This document shows positions 52,117 through 61,302 of a DNA stretch of 64,000 bases, in pieces; the stretch's first letter is position 1; every line of letters starts with the position of its first letter. The notes beneath the pieces were generated by a model. That model made no database searches and had not been told where the DNA came from. It saw only the letters and a list, made by a program, of their open reading frames with translations. The DNA comes from an uncultured Acidobacteriota bacterium (GTDB lineage Bacteria; Acidobacteriota; Thermoanaerobaculia; UBA5066; DATFVB01), in contig CAWEYG010000006.1 in the NCBI GenBank assembly GCA_963813155.1, positions 96,001 through 160,000 of the forward strand, in the 5' to 3' direction. A program made the translations under genes and the position numbers.

Positions 52117-53033
52117 CCGCCTTTCTCTTTTCGGGTCAGCTCGCCGAATTCGGCGGCATGGGAAAGGACCTCTACGACGCGTCCCCGGAGGCGCGCGAGC
52201 TCTTCGATCGGACTTCGGAGGCATGCGGCGTCGATCTCGCCGCGGCCCTGTTCGAAGGGGCGGAGCCGGAATGGCGCCGGAACCGCGTGGCGCAGCCCGC
52301 GGTTTTCCTCGTGTCGGTGCTGGCGGGCAGGGAGCTGGAGCGGCGCGGCGTCCTCCCGGCCGCCGTCGCCGGATATTCCCTCGGCAACTATGCCGCGCTC
52401 GTCGCGTCGGGCGCGGTTTCGTTCGAAGACGCGCTGGCCGTGCTTCTCGCCGTGCTCGCCGAATCGGACCTGCAGGGGCTTCGCGGCGCGATGGGAGCGG
52501 TCATCGGGCTGTCGGCGGATTCCGTCGAGCGGGAGTGCGCCCGCCTGCGTTCCGAGGGGCTCGCCGTGTGGATCGGAAACGTCAACGCGGCGACGCAGCT
52601 CGTTCTGACGGGCACGGAGGCCGGCGTGGACGCTGCGCTGATCGCTTTTTCCGGCCGCGCCCTCAAGGCCGTGCGGCTCCCGATGACCTGGCCGATCCAC
52701 AGCGAGCTGATGGAGGACGTCTGCCGCCGTGTCGCTCCGGTCGTGGCCCGTTGCGCGTCGATTCGGGCTCCCGGGATCGCGTTCTACGCGGGTCACACCG
52801 CCGCCCGCGTCACGACGTCCGAAGGCGTGACGGATCTCCTCTCGCGGCAGGCGGCCCTTCCCTCCCGCTGGAAGGAGACCGTCGAAGGGATGGTCGCCGA
52901 CGGGCACCGGGACTTCCTCGAGGTCGGCCCGGGCGACACGCTCTCCCGGATGACCCGCTGGATCGTGCGCGAGGCGTCGTGCCGCCCGGCCGGGACGCTC
53001 GCGGCGATCGGGGACATCGCCCGGGAAGGGTGA
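52113..53033 (+). CDS. FabD-like ACP S-acyltransferase (atypical)
   Basis: FLFSGQ, AQPAVF, GYSLG nucleophile elbow, N..TQLVLTG, PIHS, FLEVGPG. Confidence 0.85.
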   Translation: MTAFLFSGQLAEFGGMGKDLYDASPEARELFDRTSEACGVDLAAALFEGAEPEWRRNRVAQPAVFLVSVLAGRELERRGVLPAAVAGYSLGNYAALVASGAVSFEDALAVLLAVLAESDLQGLRGAMGAVIGLSADSVERECARLRSEGLAVWIGNVNAATQLVLTGTEAGVDAALIAFSGRALKAVRLPMTWPIHSELMEDVCRRVAPVVARCASIRAPGIAFYAGHTAARVTTSEGVTDLLSRQAALPSRWKETVEGMVADGHRDFLEVGPGDTLSRMTRWIVREASCRPAGTLAAIGDIAREG

Positions 53034-53045
53034 AATACTGAGGGC

Positions 53046-53786
53046 ATGAACTCCCAGAAAACCGCGATCGTCACGGGCGGCTCCCGCGGGATCGGCGCCG
53101 CCATCGCGCGGCGGCTCGCCCGGGACGGCGCCCGCCTCGTGATCACGTGCAAGGACGACTTCGAGAACGCCGACCGCGTCGTCGAGGAGATCGAAGCGGA
53201 CGGGGGGCTCGCGATCTCTCTTCCGGGCGACGTCACGAGCAACGACGAAGTGGCGGAGCTCTCGGCGCGCGTGGAAAAGGACTTCGGCGGCTGCGACATC
53301 CTCGTCAACAACGCGGGAATCATCAAGGACGTGCTCTTCGCCTTCATGCGGGAAGAGGACTGGGATCGCGTCGTCGAGACCTCTCTCAAGGGCACGTATC
53401 GCATGTGCAAGGCGTTCGTGCGCCGGATGATGCACAAGAACTGGGGCCGGATCGTCAACATCGTTTCCGACAGCGGCGTTTCGGGGCAAATGGGGCAGAC
53501 GAACTACTCCGCGGCCAAGGGAGGCGTGATGTCGTTCACGAAATCCCTCGCCCGGGAGGTGGGGGGGCGCAACATCACGGTCAACGCGGTCGCTCCGGGG
53601 ATCATCGAGACGGACATGATCCGCGATCTGACGGCCGAAACCCTCGCCGACTATCTCAAGCTCATCCCGGCGAAGAGGTTCGGAAGCCCGGATGAAGTCG
53701 CCGCGGTCGTCGCTTTTCTCGCGTCCGAAGGCGCCTCCTACGTCTCGGGCCAGATCTGGCAGGTCGACGGCGGTCTGTTGATGTGA
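53046..53786 (+). CDS. fabG: 3-oxoacyl-ACP reductase
   Basis: [31 protein letters not shown]. Confidence 0.92.
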   Translation: MNSQKTAIVTGGSRGIGAAIARRLARDGARLVITCKDDFENADRVVEEIEADGGLAISLPGDVTSNDEVAELSARVEKDFGGCDILVNNAGIIKDVLFAFMREEDWDRVVETSLKGTYRMCKAFVRRMMHKNWGRIVNIVSDSGVSGQMGQTNYSAAKGGVMSFTKSLAREVGGRNITVNAVAPGIIETDMIRDLTAETLADYLKLIPAKRFGSPDEVAAVVAFLASEGASYVSGQIWQVDGGLLM

Positions 53787-53824
53787 ATCATGTAGAATTG
53801 CCTTCACTGGAAAGGAATCCTCGA

Positions 53825-54085
53825 ATGAATGACGCGGAGCTCAAGTCGAAAGTGAAGGATTTGATCGTGCGCCGGCTCAAGCTGGAAATCGCCCCGGCCT
53901 CGATCGACGACTCGGCGCCCCTCTTCGGCGAAGGGCTGGGGCTCGACTCGATCGACGCCCTCGAGCTCGTCCTCGGGCTCGAGCAGGAATTCGGCATCAA
54001 GGTCGCCGACGAGGAAGTCGGCATCAAGGCGTTTTCTTCGGTCAATTCGCTGACCGATTTCATCAAGGAAAAGTCGGCCGCCTGA
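53825..54085 (+). CDS. Acyl carrier protein
   Basis: PLFGEGLGLDSIDALEL phosphopantetheine site. Confidence 0.9.
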   Translation: MNDAELKSKVKDLIVRRLKLEIAPASIDDSAPLFGEGLGLDSIDALELVLGLEQEFGIKVADEEVGIKAFSSVNSLTDFIKEKSAA

Positions 54086-54092
54086 GGGTCGG

Positions 54093-54503
54093 ATGGAGCC
54101 TCAACCGCTTCCGCACGTTTTCCCGTTCCGATTCGTGGAGTCGGTCGTTCGGGAGCGGGACGAGAAATTCGGGGGCGGAGAGGTTTCTGCGGCCGTATCG
54201 TTCGGCCAGCGCGCGTGCTCGGGGCCGGAATGGCGCTCGCCGTTCCTGCTCGCGGAGATCATCGCGCAGTCCGCGCTCCTTCTCGAGGGGGGCGACGCGG
54301 GCGTGGGGCGAACGGGTTTTCTCGCCGGGCTGGACAACTTCGCGCTCCTTCGGCCGCCGGTCCCGGGCGAGCGGCTGACGGTCCGGATCGACCTGCTCGC
54401 GACGTTCGGACTCTTTGCGAAGTTCTCGGGAATCGTCTCGTCGGAGGGCGAGGAGATTGCGCGGGGCGAAATCCTCGTCCGGCGGGGCGCCGGCTCGTCG
54501 TGA
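54093..54503 (+). CDS. Hotdog-fold FabA/FabZ-like dehydratase
   Basis: LPHVFPFRFV, LAEIIAQ, PVPGERL. Confidence 0.75.
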   Translation: MEPQPLPHVFPFRFVESVVRERDEKFGGGEVSAAVSFGQRACSGPEWRSPFLLAEIIAQSALLLEGGDAGVGRTGFLAGLDNFALLRPPVPGERLTVRIDLLATFGLFAKFSGIVSSEGEEIARGEILVRRGAGSS

Positions 54504-55147
54504 TCAAGATCGGCCTCGTCGGGCCGGGCACGCAAATCCTTTCGCCGCCTCTGCGCGAGGGCGGCTACGAGGTCGAGGAGCTCTCCGCGGTCGACGTCGG
54601 CCCCGAAGATCTTCGTCCGTTCGACCTCTTCGTCGTGGCGCCGTTTCGGGAGGACGGGCTTCCCCTGTACGACCGGTTCCGCGAGCTCCTCGGCGCGCGG
54701 CGGGTGGCGGTCATCCTCCTGATCGAGCAGCGGCACGGGGACCTTCCCGAGTCCTTTCTCGCCGGAATCAACGACGTGCTTTTCGCGGGCAGCCCGATCG
54801 CCGCGATCCTCGAGAGCGTCGCCCGGCAGACGTCCGCGCCGCGGCGCCGCGATTCCTCGAGTCTTGCGCGCGTGCGCCTGGCGGGCGGCTCCGCGGCCGT
54901 ATGGCTCGGCTGCGCGGTCAACGTGTCCCGGACCGGCCTCCTGCTCGAAGTCCAGAGAGAGCTCTCCGTCGGAGACGCTCTCGAGATCGAGTTCTTTCTC
55001 GGCGACGACCCCGAGCCGGTCGCTACGTCGGCGGTCGTGAAGCGCGGGGTCTTCGACCCGGAACGGATGCGCCGCAGCTACGGCGTTGCGTTCACGCGGA
55101 TCGAACCGAAGGACAAGGTTCGCATCGCACAGTTCTGCGAGGAGTGA
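54500..55147 (+). CDS. PilZ domain protein with degenerate receiver-like N-terminus
   Basis: Arg-rich linker followed by NVSRTG (N/DxSxxG) and YGVAF. Confidence 0.75.
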   Translation: MIKIGLVGPGTQILSPPLREGGYEVEELSAVDVGPEDLRPFDLFVVAPFREDGLPLYDRFRELLGARRVAVILLIEQRHGDLPESFLAGINDVLFAGSPIAAILESVARQTSAPRRRDSSSLARVRLAGGSAAVWLGCAVNVSRTGLLLEVQRELSVGDALEIEFFLGDDPEPVATSAVVKRGVFDPERMRRSYGVAFTRIEPKDKVRIAQFCEE

Positions 55148-55149
55148 AG

Positions 55150-55434
55150 ATGAGCTCAAACGCCCCGGCCAACGCCGTTCCGAAGGACACGATCTACACC
55201 TGCTCCTTCGAGCCTCCGCACCGGTTGAAGGTGGAATCCCAGAGCGCCACGCCGCGGGGAGTGGTCCTGCGGCTCTCGGATGCCGACAACCCCGGGATCC
55301 CCCCCCGCGAAATCTTCGTCACGCGCGCCGAGCTCAAGATGGGGTACGAAAACGTCTACAAAGCCTGCTTTCTGTGCGTCGACCGGGGACGCAAGGAGAA
55401 GGCGTTCGCGATCCCGAAGTCGGACCTGGAGTAG
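55150..55434 (+). CDS. Hypothetical protein (94 aa)
   Basis: GAGGAG SD, genome-typical codon usage, operon spacing. Confidence 0.7.
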   Translation: MSSNAPANAVPKDTIYTCSFEPPHRLKVESQSATPRGVVLRLSDADNPGIPPREIFVTRAELKMGYENVYKACFLCVDRGRKEKAFAIPKSDLE

Positions 55435-55472
55435 GCGATCCGGGCGCAGGCCCTTCCAACTGTTGGGTTTTG

Positions 55473-55488
55473 TGGAACAAATTTTGCA
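55473..55488 (+). promoter_or_regulatory. Sigma54 (-24/-12) promoter-like site TGGAAC-N5-TTGCA
   Basis: GG (55474-75) and GC (55486-87) separated by exactly 10 bp, upstream of the 55511 ORF. Confidence 0.6.
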
Positions 55489-55510
55489 TCTGGGCCGGTC
55501 CAAGGTGGGA

Positions 55511-55774
55511 ATGACTCGAAGGGTATACGCGCATCGTGTGCGCATCGAAGGAAACAATCGATTCGCGATCTCCGCCCCCGAAAACGGGATCTCGGAGAGC
55601 TTCGATTCGGAGATCGAGTTCGAGATTGCGCTCGGGAAGCTCGGGTTTCCGCGCGGTTTCAGCAGCGAGGTCGTAAAAACGCTCCAGGATCGGGGCATCG
55701 TGTGGCTCGACCTCGAGCCGACGGCCGACCTCTCGCTCATCAAAGGCCTCAGCCACACCGGCCGGATGCACTGA
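55511..55774 (+). CDS. Hypothetical protein (87 aa)
   Basis: SD-like AAGGTGGGA; MTRRVYAHRVRIEGNN...; follows the sigma54-like site. Confidence 0.6.
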   Translation: MTRRVYAHRVRIEGNNRFAISAPENGISESFDSEIEFEIALGKLGFPRGFSSEVVKTLQDRGIVWLDLEPTADLSLIKGLSHTGRMH

Positions 55775-55798
55775 ACAGGCCTTTCGGCGGGAAAATCG

Positions 55799-55884
55799 TG
55801 GTGCGAAAGGGGGGACTTGAACCCCCACGGTTGTTCACCACAGGCTTCTGAGACCTGCGCGTCTGCCAGTTCCGCCACTTTCGC
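55799..55884 (-). tRNA. tRNA-Leu(CAG)
   Basis: GCGAAAG/CTTTCGC acceptor stem, CAGGT-CTCAGAA-GCCTG anticodon arm, long variable arm, GTTCAAGT T-loop, encoded CCA. Confidence 0.95.
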
Positions 55885-56075
55885 GGGAAAGGCATCTTAG
55901 ATGCCGAACAGGCAACGGTCAAGGCGTTGGCTCGCTCGGCACGGCGTCGGGGTCCTGCCGCCGGCCACCCCGCGGAAATCCTCGGCACGAGCCACGGGGT
56001 TCGCTTTCGAGTCGAGGCTGTCGGGCGGCCTGCGGGTTCCGCAGGGTCCCTGGCCGCCGTCACCCCTTCCGTGCC

Positions 56076-56252
56076 TTCGCTCGGATGGGGGCTCCGCCTC
56101 TGAGCGAAGCCGTCGGAGCGGCCCGGAGCTGACGCACTCCGCGCAGGCTGGTCTTCGAGAACCCGAGGGAAAGCGAACTGCGGCCGAGGGTGCGAGAAGA
56201 CTTGCCGAGCGGAGGGCTGGGGCTCAGGCGCGCGACGTCGGCGAGCGAATTC
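56076..56252. repeat. Inverted copy of hairpin module B, with outer shell shared with the 59855-60084 element
   Basis: 30 bp identity to the 49.6 kb core; compensatory GTCTTC/GAAGAC versus GTCTCT/AGAGAC. Confidence 0.85.
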
Positions 56253-56275
56253 CCGCTCCGGGGTAAACTGCCCGC

Positions 56276-58499
56276 GTGATCCCTTCCGACGCCCAGATCC
56301 TCGACCGCCTTCGCCAGAAGGCCAGCCGCATCCTCTCGTTCGCCCAGCTCGCGGGCGTCTTCGAGGTGGCGGAAGGGGAGAGCGAGGCCTTTCGCGCGCG
56401 GCTCGACGCCCTCGAGACGCGGGGAGAAATCGCGCGGGTACGGGGGGAAAAGTACTCGGCGATCGAGTTCTCGAGCCTCGTCGCCGGCAAGATCTCGATT
56501 CGGGCCGAAGGGTTCGGTTTCGTGCTCTCGGGCGACCGGGCCGTCGAGGATCTCTACATCCCCCGCAACGGCCTGGGCGGCGCGCTCGACGGGGACTTCG
56601 TGCTCGCCCGCGAGGCGCAGACGAAGGCCCGAAAAGGCTCGCGCGCCCGCGACGACCGGACCTCGGGAACGGTCGTCAAGATCCTCCAGAGGGCGCGCGA
56701 CCGCGTCGTCGGCCAGTTCGATTCGAAAGAGGGCCGCCCGCGGGTGGTTCCCTACGACCCGAAGATGGCGACCGAGGTCCGGATCCCGAGCGAGCAGACC
56801 GACGGCGCGATCGACTCGGAGATCGTCGTCGCGAGGTTCACGTCGTATCCCGACGACCGGCGAATCGCCCGCGGCGAGGTCGTCGAGCGCCTCGGTTTTC
56901 TCGGCGAGCCGGGCGTCGACGTCGAGATCGTCATTCGGATGCACGATCTGCCGAACCGATTCCCGCAGGAGGTCGTCGCCGAGTCGGAATCCTTTCCCGA
57001 GCAGCCGGGAGCGGCGGACTTCGCCGGGCGGTCCGACTTTCGAAGCCATGCGATCGTCACGATCGACGGCGAGACCGCGAAGGACTTCGACGACGCGGTC
57101 GAGGTCGAGAAGACCGGCGGGAGGATACCGGCTCGGGAGTCCATATCGCCGACGTGTCTCATTACGTCGCGGAGGGCACGGCGCTCGAGGCCGAGGCCCG
57201 CTGGCGCGGAACGTCCGTTTACTTCCCCGGCCGCGTGATTCCGATGCTGCCGGAGCGCCTTTCCAACGGGCTGTGCTCGCTCAACCCGCGGGTCGACCGG
57301 CTCACGCTCTCCGCGTCGATCGACTTCGATTCCCACGGGCGGGTCCAGGGGTCCTCGTTCTCGAAAGGCGTGATCCGCAGCGCCGCGCGGATGACGTACA
57401 CGGAGGTCGCCCGGCTCCTCGAGAGCCCGACGGCCGAGGACGACCAGTCGTACGGCCCCCTGCTTCCGAAGTTTCGCCTGATGCGCGAGCTCGCGATGCT
57501 GCTCAAGAAACGGCGGGAGAACCGCGGATCGATCGATTTCGACCTCGCCTCCGCGTCGGTCATGCTCGACTCCGACGGTTTCGTCGTCGGGATCCAGCCG
57601 GAGGCGAGGAACGTCGCGCACCAGATCATCGAGGAATTCATGCTCGCCGCCAACGAGGCGGTCGCGAAGCACCTGCTCTTCGCGAAGGAGCCGGCGATCT
57701 ATCGCGTGCACGACCGCCCGGACCCGGACCGGCTGACCGACCTCCGCGAGACGCTCCAGTCGTTCGGCTACGAGCTCAAGGGAGACCTCGCGGAGCTGCG
57801 CCCGTCGGCGTTCCAGAAAGTCCTTCGCGAGATCGAGGGAAAGCCGGAGGAGCGCTTCCTGACGGACCTGCTCCTTCGCTCGCAGCGCAAGGCGGTTTAC
57901 TCCTCCGAGTGCCGCGGCCACTACGCGCTCGCGGCGGACTACTACTGCCACTTCACTTCGCCCGATCCGTCGCTACCCCGACCTGATCGTCCATCGCGCT
58001 CTGACGCGGCTCCTTTCGTCCCGGCGCCCCTTTCCGCCGGACGACTTCGAGGCCCGTAACGGCTTCTACGAACAGGTCGCGCGCGAGTCCTCCGAGCGGG
58101 AGCGCCGGGCCGAGTCCGCGGAGAGGGCGTCCCTGCTGTGGAAGAAGATCGTTTTTCTCCGCGACAAGATCGGAAGAGTCTTCGACGCGTACGTCTCCGG
58201 AGTCGCGGCGTTCGGAGTGTTCGTGACGCTCTCGGAGTTCCTCGTCGAGGGGCTCGTGCCCATCCAGACGCTCTCCGACGACTTCTACGTCTACGAGGAG
58301 CGCGCGCACCGCCTTGCTCGGGCGCCACAGCAAGAAGGCGTATCGCCTGGGCGACGCGATCCGCGTCAAGCTCACGGCCCTGGACGAAGTGCAGCGGCGC
58401 GTCGACTTCCGGCCGGAATCGGCTCCCGCGCCCCCTCCTCGCGAGCCCCGCACAGCAGGGCGGGGGCGGCCGGCGGGCAAACGGCGCGCGCCCCGTTGA
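56276..58499 (+). CDS. rnr: Ribonuclease R; frameshifts near 57125, 57960 and 58320
   Basis: GFGFV, VTIDGETAKDFDDAV, SVYFP, IEEFMLAAN, YRVH, YCHFTSP, C-terminal S1 domain. Confidence 0.93.
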
Positions 58500-59947
58500 G
58501 CGATTCCCTGCTCCGAGTCGCGATCGTCGGGCGGCCGAACGTCGGAAAGTCGGCGCTGTTCAACCGCATTCTTCGCAAGAGGCGCTCGCTCGTCCACGAT
58601 CTGCCCGGCATGACCCGGGACGTCGTGGAGGAGAAGGTGACGCTCTCGACGGGCGAGTCGTTTCTCTTGATCGACACGGGCGGTTTCGACCCCTCCGACC
58701 GCGGATCGATTCCGGACTCGGTGCGCGAGCGGGCCCTGGCCGAGATCCGCAGCTGCGACCTCGCGCTCCTCGTCGTCGACGCTTCGGCCGGCGTTCTCGC
58801 CGGGGACCGGGAGTCCGCTCGGGTGATCCGCGAGGCGGGCAAGGAGTGCTTCGTCCTCGCGAACAAGATCGACCGGCGCGAAGGGGAAGAGGGGGAGCCG
58901 GAGGCCTACGACCTGGGATTTCCGCTCGTGTTCGGAGTCTCCGCGGAGCACAACCTCGGCGTCGACGAAGTTCTCGACGAGATCGCGCGGAGAGCGAAGA
59001 AGCCCGAGGCCGAGGAAGCGGCGGCGGAGACCGCGGGGGCCGCGGAGATCGCGGTCGCGATCGTGGGCCGGCCGAACGTGGGCAAGTCCTCCCTGTTGAA
59101 CGCGATCGTCGGCTTCGAGAGGACGATCGTCTCGGAGGTCGCCGGAACGACGCGCGACGCCGTGGACATCGTCGTCTCGTTCGGAGACCGGCGCTTTCGA
59201 TTCATCGACACGGCCGGAATCCGGCGCCGCGGAAAGACCGAGCAGGGGCCCGAGGTCCTCTCCGTCGTCGCGGCGCGCAAGCGCCTGGAGCGGTGCGACG
59301 TCGCGCTCGTCGTGTTCGACGCGGTGCAGGGGCCCACGTCGCAGGACTCCACGATCGCGTCGTACGCGGTCGAGAGCGGAAAGGCGCTGCTCCTGATCGG
59401 CAACAAGTGGGACGTCGCCGTCGAGACGACGAAGGATTCCAAGGACTACCGGCTCGACGTGTACGAGAAATTCCCGTTCGCGAAGTTCGCCCCGCTGCTG
59501 CTGATCTCGGCGAAGACCGGCCGGGGCGTCGCGAAGCTCCCGGCCGAGATCGCGCGCGTCGCGGCGAATCGGGAGCGGCGCCTCGCGACCGCGGAGATCA
59601 ACCGCATCGTGACGAACGAGTTTCGCGGCCGCATGCCGAAAGGAGACTCGGGACGGCAGCTGAAGGTCCTGTACGCGTCCCAGACGAAGACGTCGCCGCC
59701 GACGTTCACGCTCGTGGCGTCCCGCGCGGACAAGCTGTATTTCTCCGACTCGCGTCGCATCGAGAACGTCTTTCGCAAGGCCGCCGACTTCGCGGGCACG
59801 CCGATCCTGTTTCACGTGAGCGCGAGAAAGCGGAAGAAGCCGGGTAGCCGGGGGTTCGCTCGCCGACGTCGGGCCAGCCCAGCGTCGGCCCACCGAGCGG
59901 GTCCTGTCGCTGGGCTCGCCCCGCTTTTCCGCTCGCAGCGGGTCTAA
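58496..59947 (+). CDS. der: Ribosome biogenesis GTPase Der/EngA; 3' end uncertain (possibly TAG at 59845-59847)
   Basis: Two GTPase domains (GRPNVGKS, DTGG/DTAG, NKID/NKWD) and a KH-like C-terminus. Confidence 0.95.
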   Translation: MSDSLLRVAIVGRPNVGKSALFNRILRKRRSLVHDLPGMTRDVVEEKVTLSTGESFLLIDTGGFDPSDRGSIPDSVRERALAEIRSCDLALLVVDASAGVLAGDRESARVIREAGKECFVLANKIDRREGEEGEPEAYDLGFPLVFGVSAEHNLGVDEVLDEIARRAKKPEAEEAAAETAGAAEIAVAIVGRPNVGKSSLLNAIVGFERTIVSEVAGTTRDAVDIVVSFGDRRFRFIDTAGIRRRGKTEQGPEVLSVVAARKRLERCDVALVVFDAVQGPTSQDSTIASYAVESGKALLLIGNKWDVAVETTKDSKDYRLDVYEKFPFAKFAPLLLISAKTGRGVAKLPAEIARVAANRERRLATAEINRIVTNEFRGRMPKGDSGRQLKVLYASQTKTSPPTFTLVASRADKLYFSDSRRIENVFRKAADFAGTPILFHVSARKRKKPGSRGFARRRRASPASAHRAGPVAGLAPLFRSQRV

Positions 59948-60084
59948 GGACTTTGCTACGACTCCGCGCCGCGAGCGGCAAAAGGGGTCTTGCCCCGCAC
60001 CACCCGCTGTCTAATGGGCCGGCGCGTTGGCCCGGCGTTCCGCCGGTTTCGCTCACGGGTTCGGGCCCCATCCCTGAGCGAAGG
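59855..60084. repeat. Composite hairpin element: shared outer shell plus module A
   Basis: TTCGCTCGCCGACGTCG start and TTCGCTCA...CCCCATCC..GAGCGAAGG end as in the 56.1 kb copy; GCCGGCGCGTTGGCCC as in the 49.7 kb copy; core as in the 45.0 kb copy. Confidence 0.85.
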
Positions 60085-60295
60085 TCCGCGGGGCTCGGGG
60101 CCTAACGCGCGGGCGCCGAGAGGCGCGAAGGGCAGTGGGGACCCCGGCTTACGCGCGCGTCGCACATCGAAGCTCCTCCGCCGGAGCGGCGCGCGAAGTC
60201 CGGGGGACTGCCCGAGCGACAGGACGGCGTCGGCGCCAGCCGGGCCGGACCGACGGGCAGCGAGGCAATCCGCTTCGGGTTAAAATCGCGTGCAG

Positions 60296-60799
60296 ATGCC
60301 GGAAACCGCCGAAAAGACGTTCAAGGCCGCGGAAGTCTGCAAGACCACCGACGTCGCGCCGTACGTCCTGAAGTACTGGCTCACGGAGTTTCCGTGCCTC
60401 TCTGCCGCGGACAAGGACAAGAGCCTGAACCGCAGCTATTCGGAGAAGGAAGTCCAGATCGTCTCGCGCATCCGGCAGCTCCTCTACGACGAGGGATTCA
60501 CGATCGCCGGAGCGAAGAAGAAGATCGACGCGGAAATCGCGGCGGGAGAATTCCAGGGAAAGCCGGGCGCGAAAAAGAAGGCCGCGGCGCCCGCTCCCGC
60601 CCCCGTGAAGCCGATTCCGCTTCCGCCCGAATTGCCCCTGGAGCCGAAGGCGATCCCTTCGCCGGCGCCCGCTCCGCGCGCCGCCGCGCCCGCGCCGGCC
60701 GCGCCCGCACCTGTTCCCGCGCCGAAGGCGGCGCCCGCGGTCGACGCGAAGCGCCTCGCGAAGGATCTGCGGGAGATCCTGAAAATTCTGTCGCGTTGA
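60296..60799 (+). CDS. MerR family transcriptional regulator
   Basis: EVCK...PYVLKYW.TEFP, RSY, IRQLLYDEGFTIAGAKK; Pro/Ala-rich tail; precedes tRNA-Pro. Confidence 0.88.
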   Translation: MPETAEKTFKAAEVCKTTDVAPYVLKYWLTEFPCLSAADKDKSLNRSYSEKEVQIVSRIRQLLYDEGFTIAGAKKKIDAEIAAGEFQGKPGAKKKAAAPAPAPVKPIPLPPELPLEPKAIPSPAPAPRAAAPAPAAPAPVPAPKAAPAVDAKRLAKDLREILKILSR

Positions 60800-60840
60800 C
60801 TCGCGGCCGGGCGCGTGTTCAAATGCGCCCTTCCAACGGT

Positions 60841-60918
60841 CGGGACGTGGCGCAGCCTGGCTAGCGTACCTGAATGGGGTTCAGGGGGTCCCGGGTTCAA
60901 ATCCCGGCGTCCCGACCA
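60841..60918 (+). tRNA. tRNA-Pro(GGG)
   Basis: CGGGACG/CGTCCCG acceptor stem, CCTGA-ATGGGGT-TCAGG anticodon arm, GGTTCAAATCC, CCA. Confidence 0.95.
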
Positions 60919-61302
60919 ATACTTCGAATGTGAAGGACCTGCCGGACGGGCGCGCGTTCTACTGCGGCCGGCGCGTGATACCAGAACCGCGCCGCCGACG
61001 CGAAGGCGAAGTTCGCCAGATCACGATCCGACATCCCGGGAAACTGATATCGACATGCGGGTCAACGGAGTCGCCGGCAATACGGTCGGCTAATCCAAGG
61101 TAGTTCAGCGGATCAAGGCGAGCTCCGACCGCAACCGCAACGCCCGGCTGTATGTGTTGAACGGTCCGCAGGACCTGTTCGGCCGCGATGGAGAACGCCG
61201 CGCAGTTTCAGGACCAGACGAACGCTGTCATAGCGCGTCAGACGATGGCGAAAAGCCCAATTCCATACCAGGTCCAGCAGCTGCGTCTGACGCGCTCACA
61301 AC

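Noticed and set aside
50412-53033. 873 aa deacetylase-FabD fusion ORF
   Set aside because: The deacetylase C-terminus (FDRLLGLGKMVPISELL*) lies in another frame and ends in a GTGA overlap with the FabD start, so the fusion is an indel artefact.
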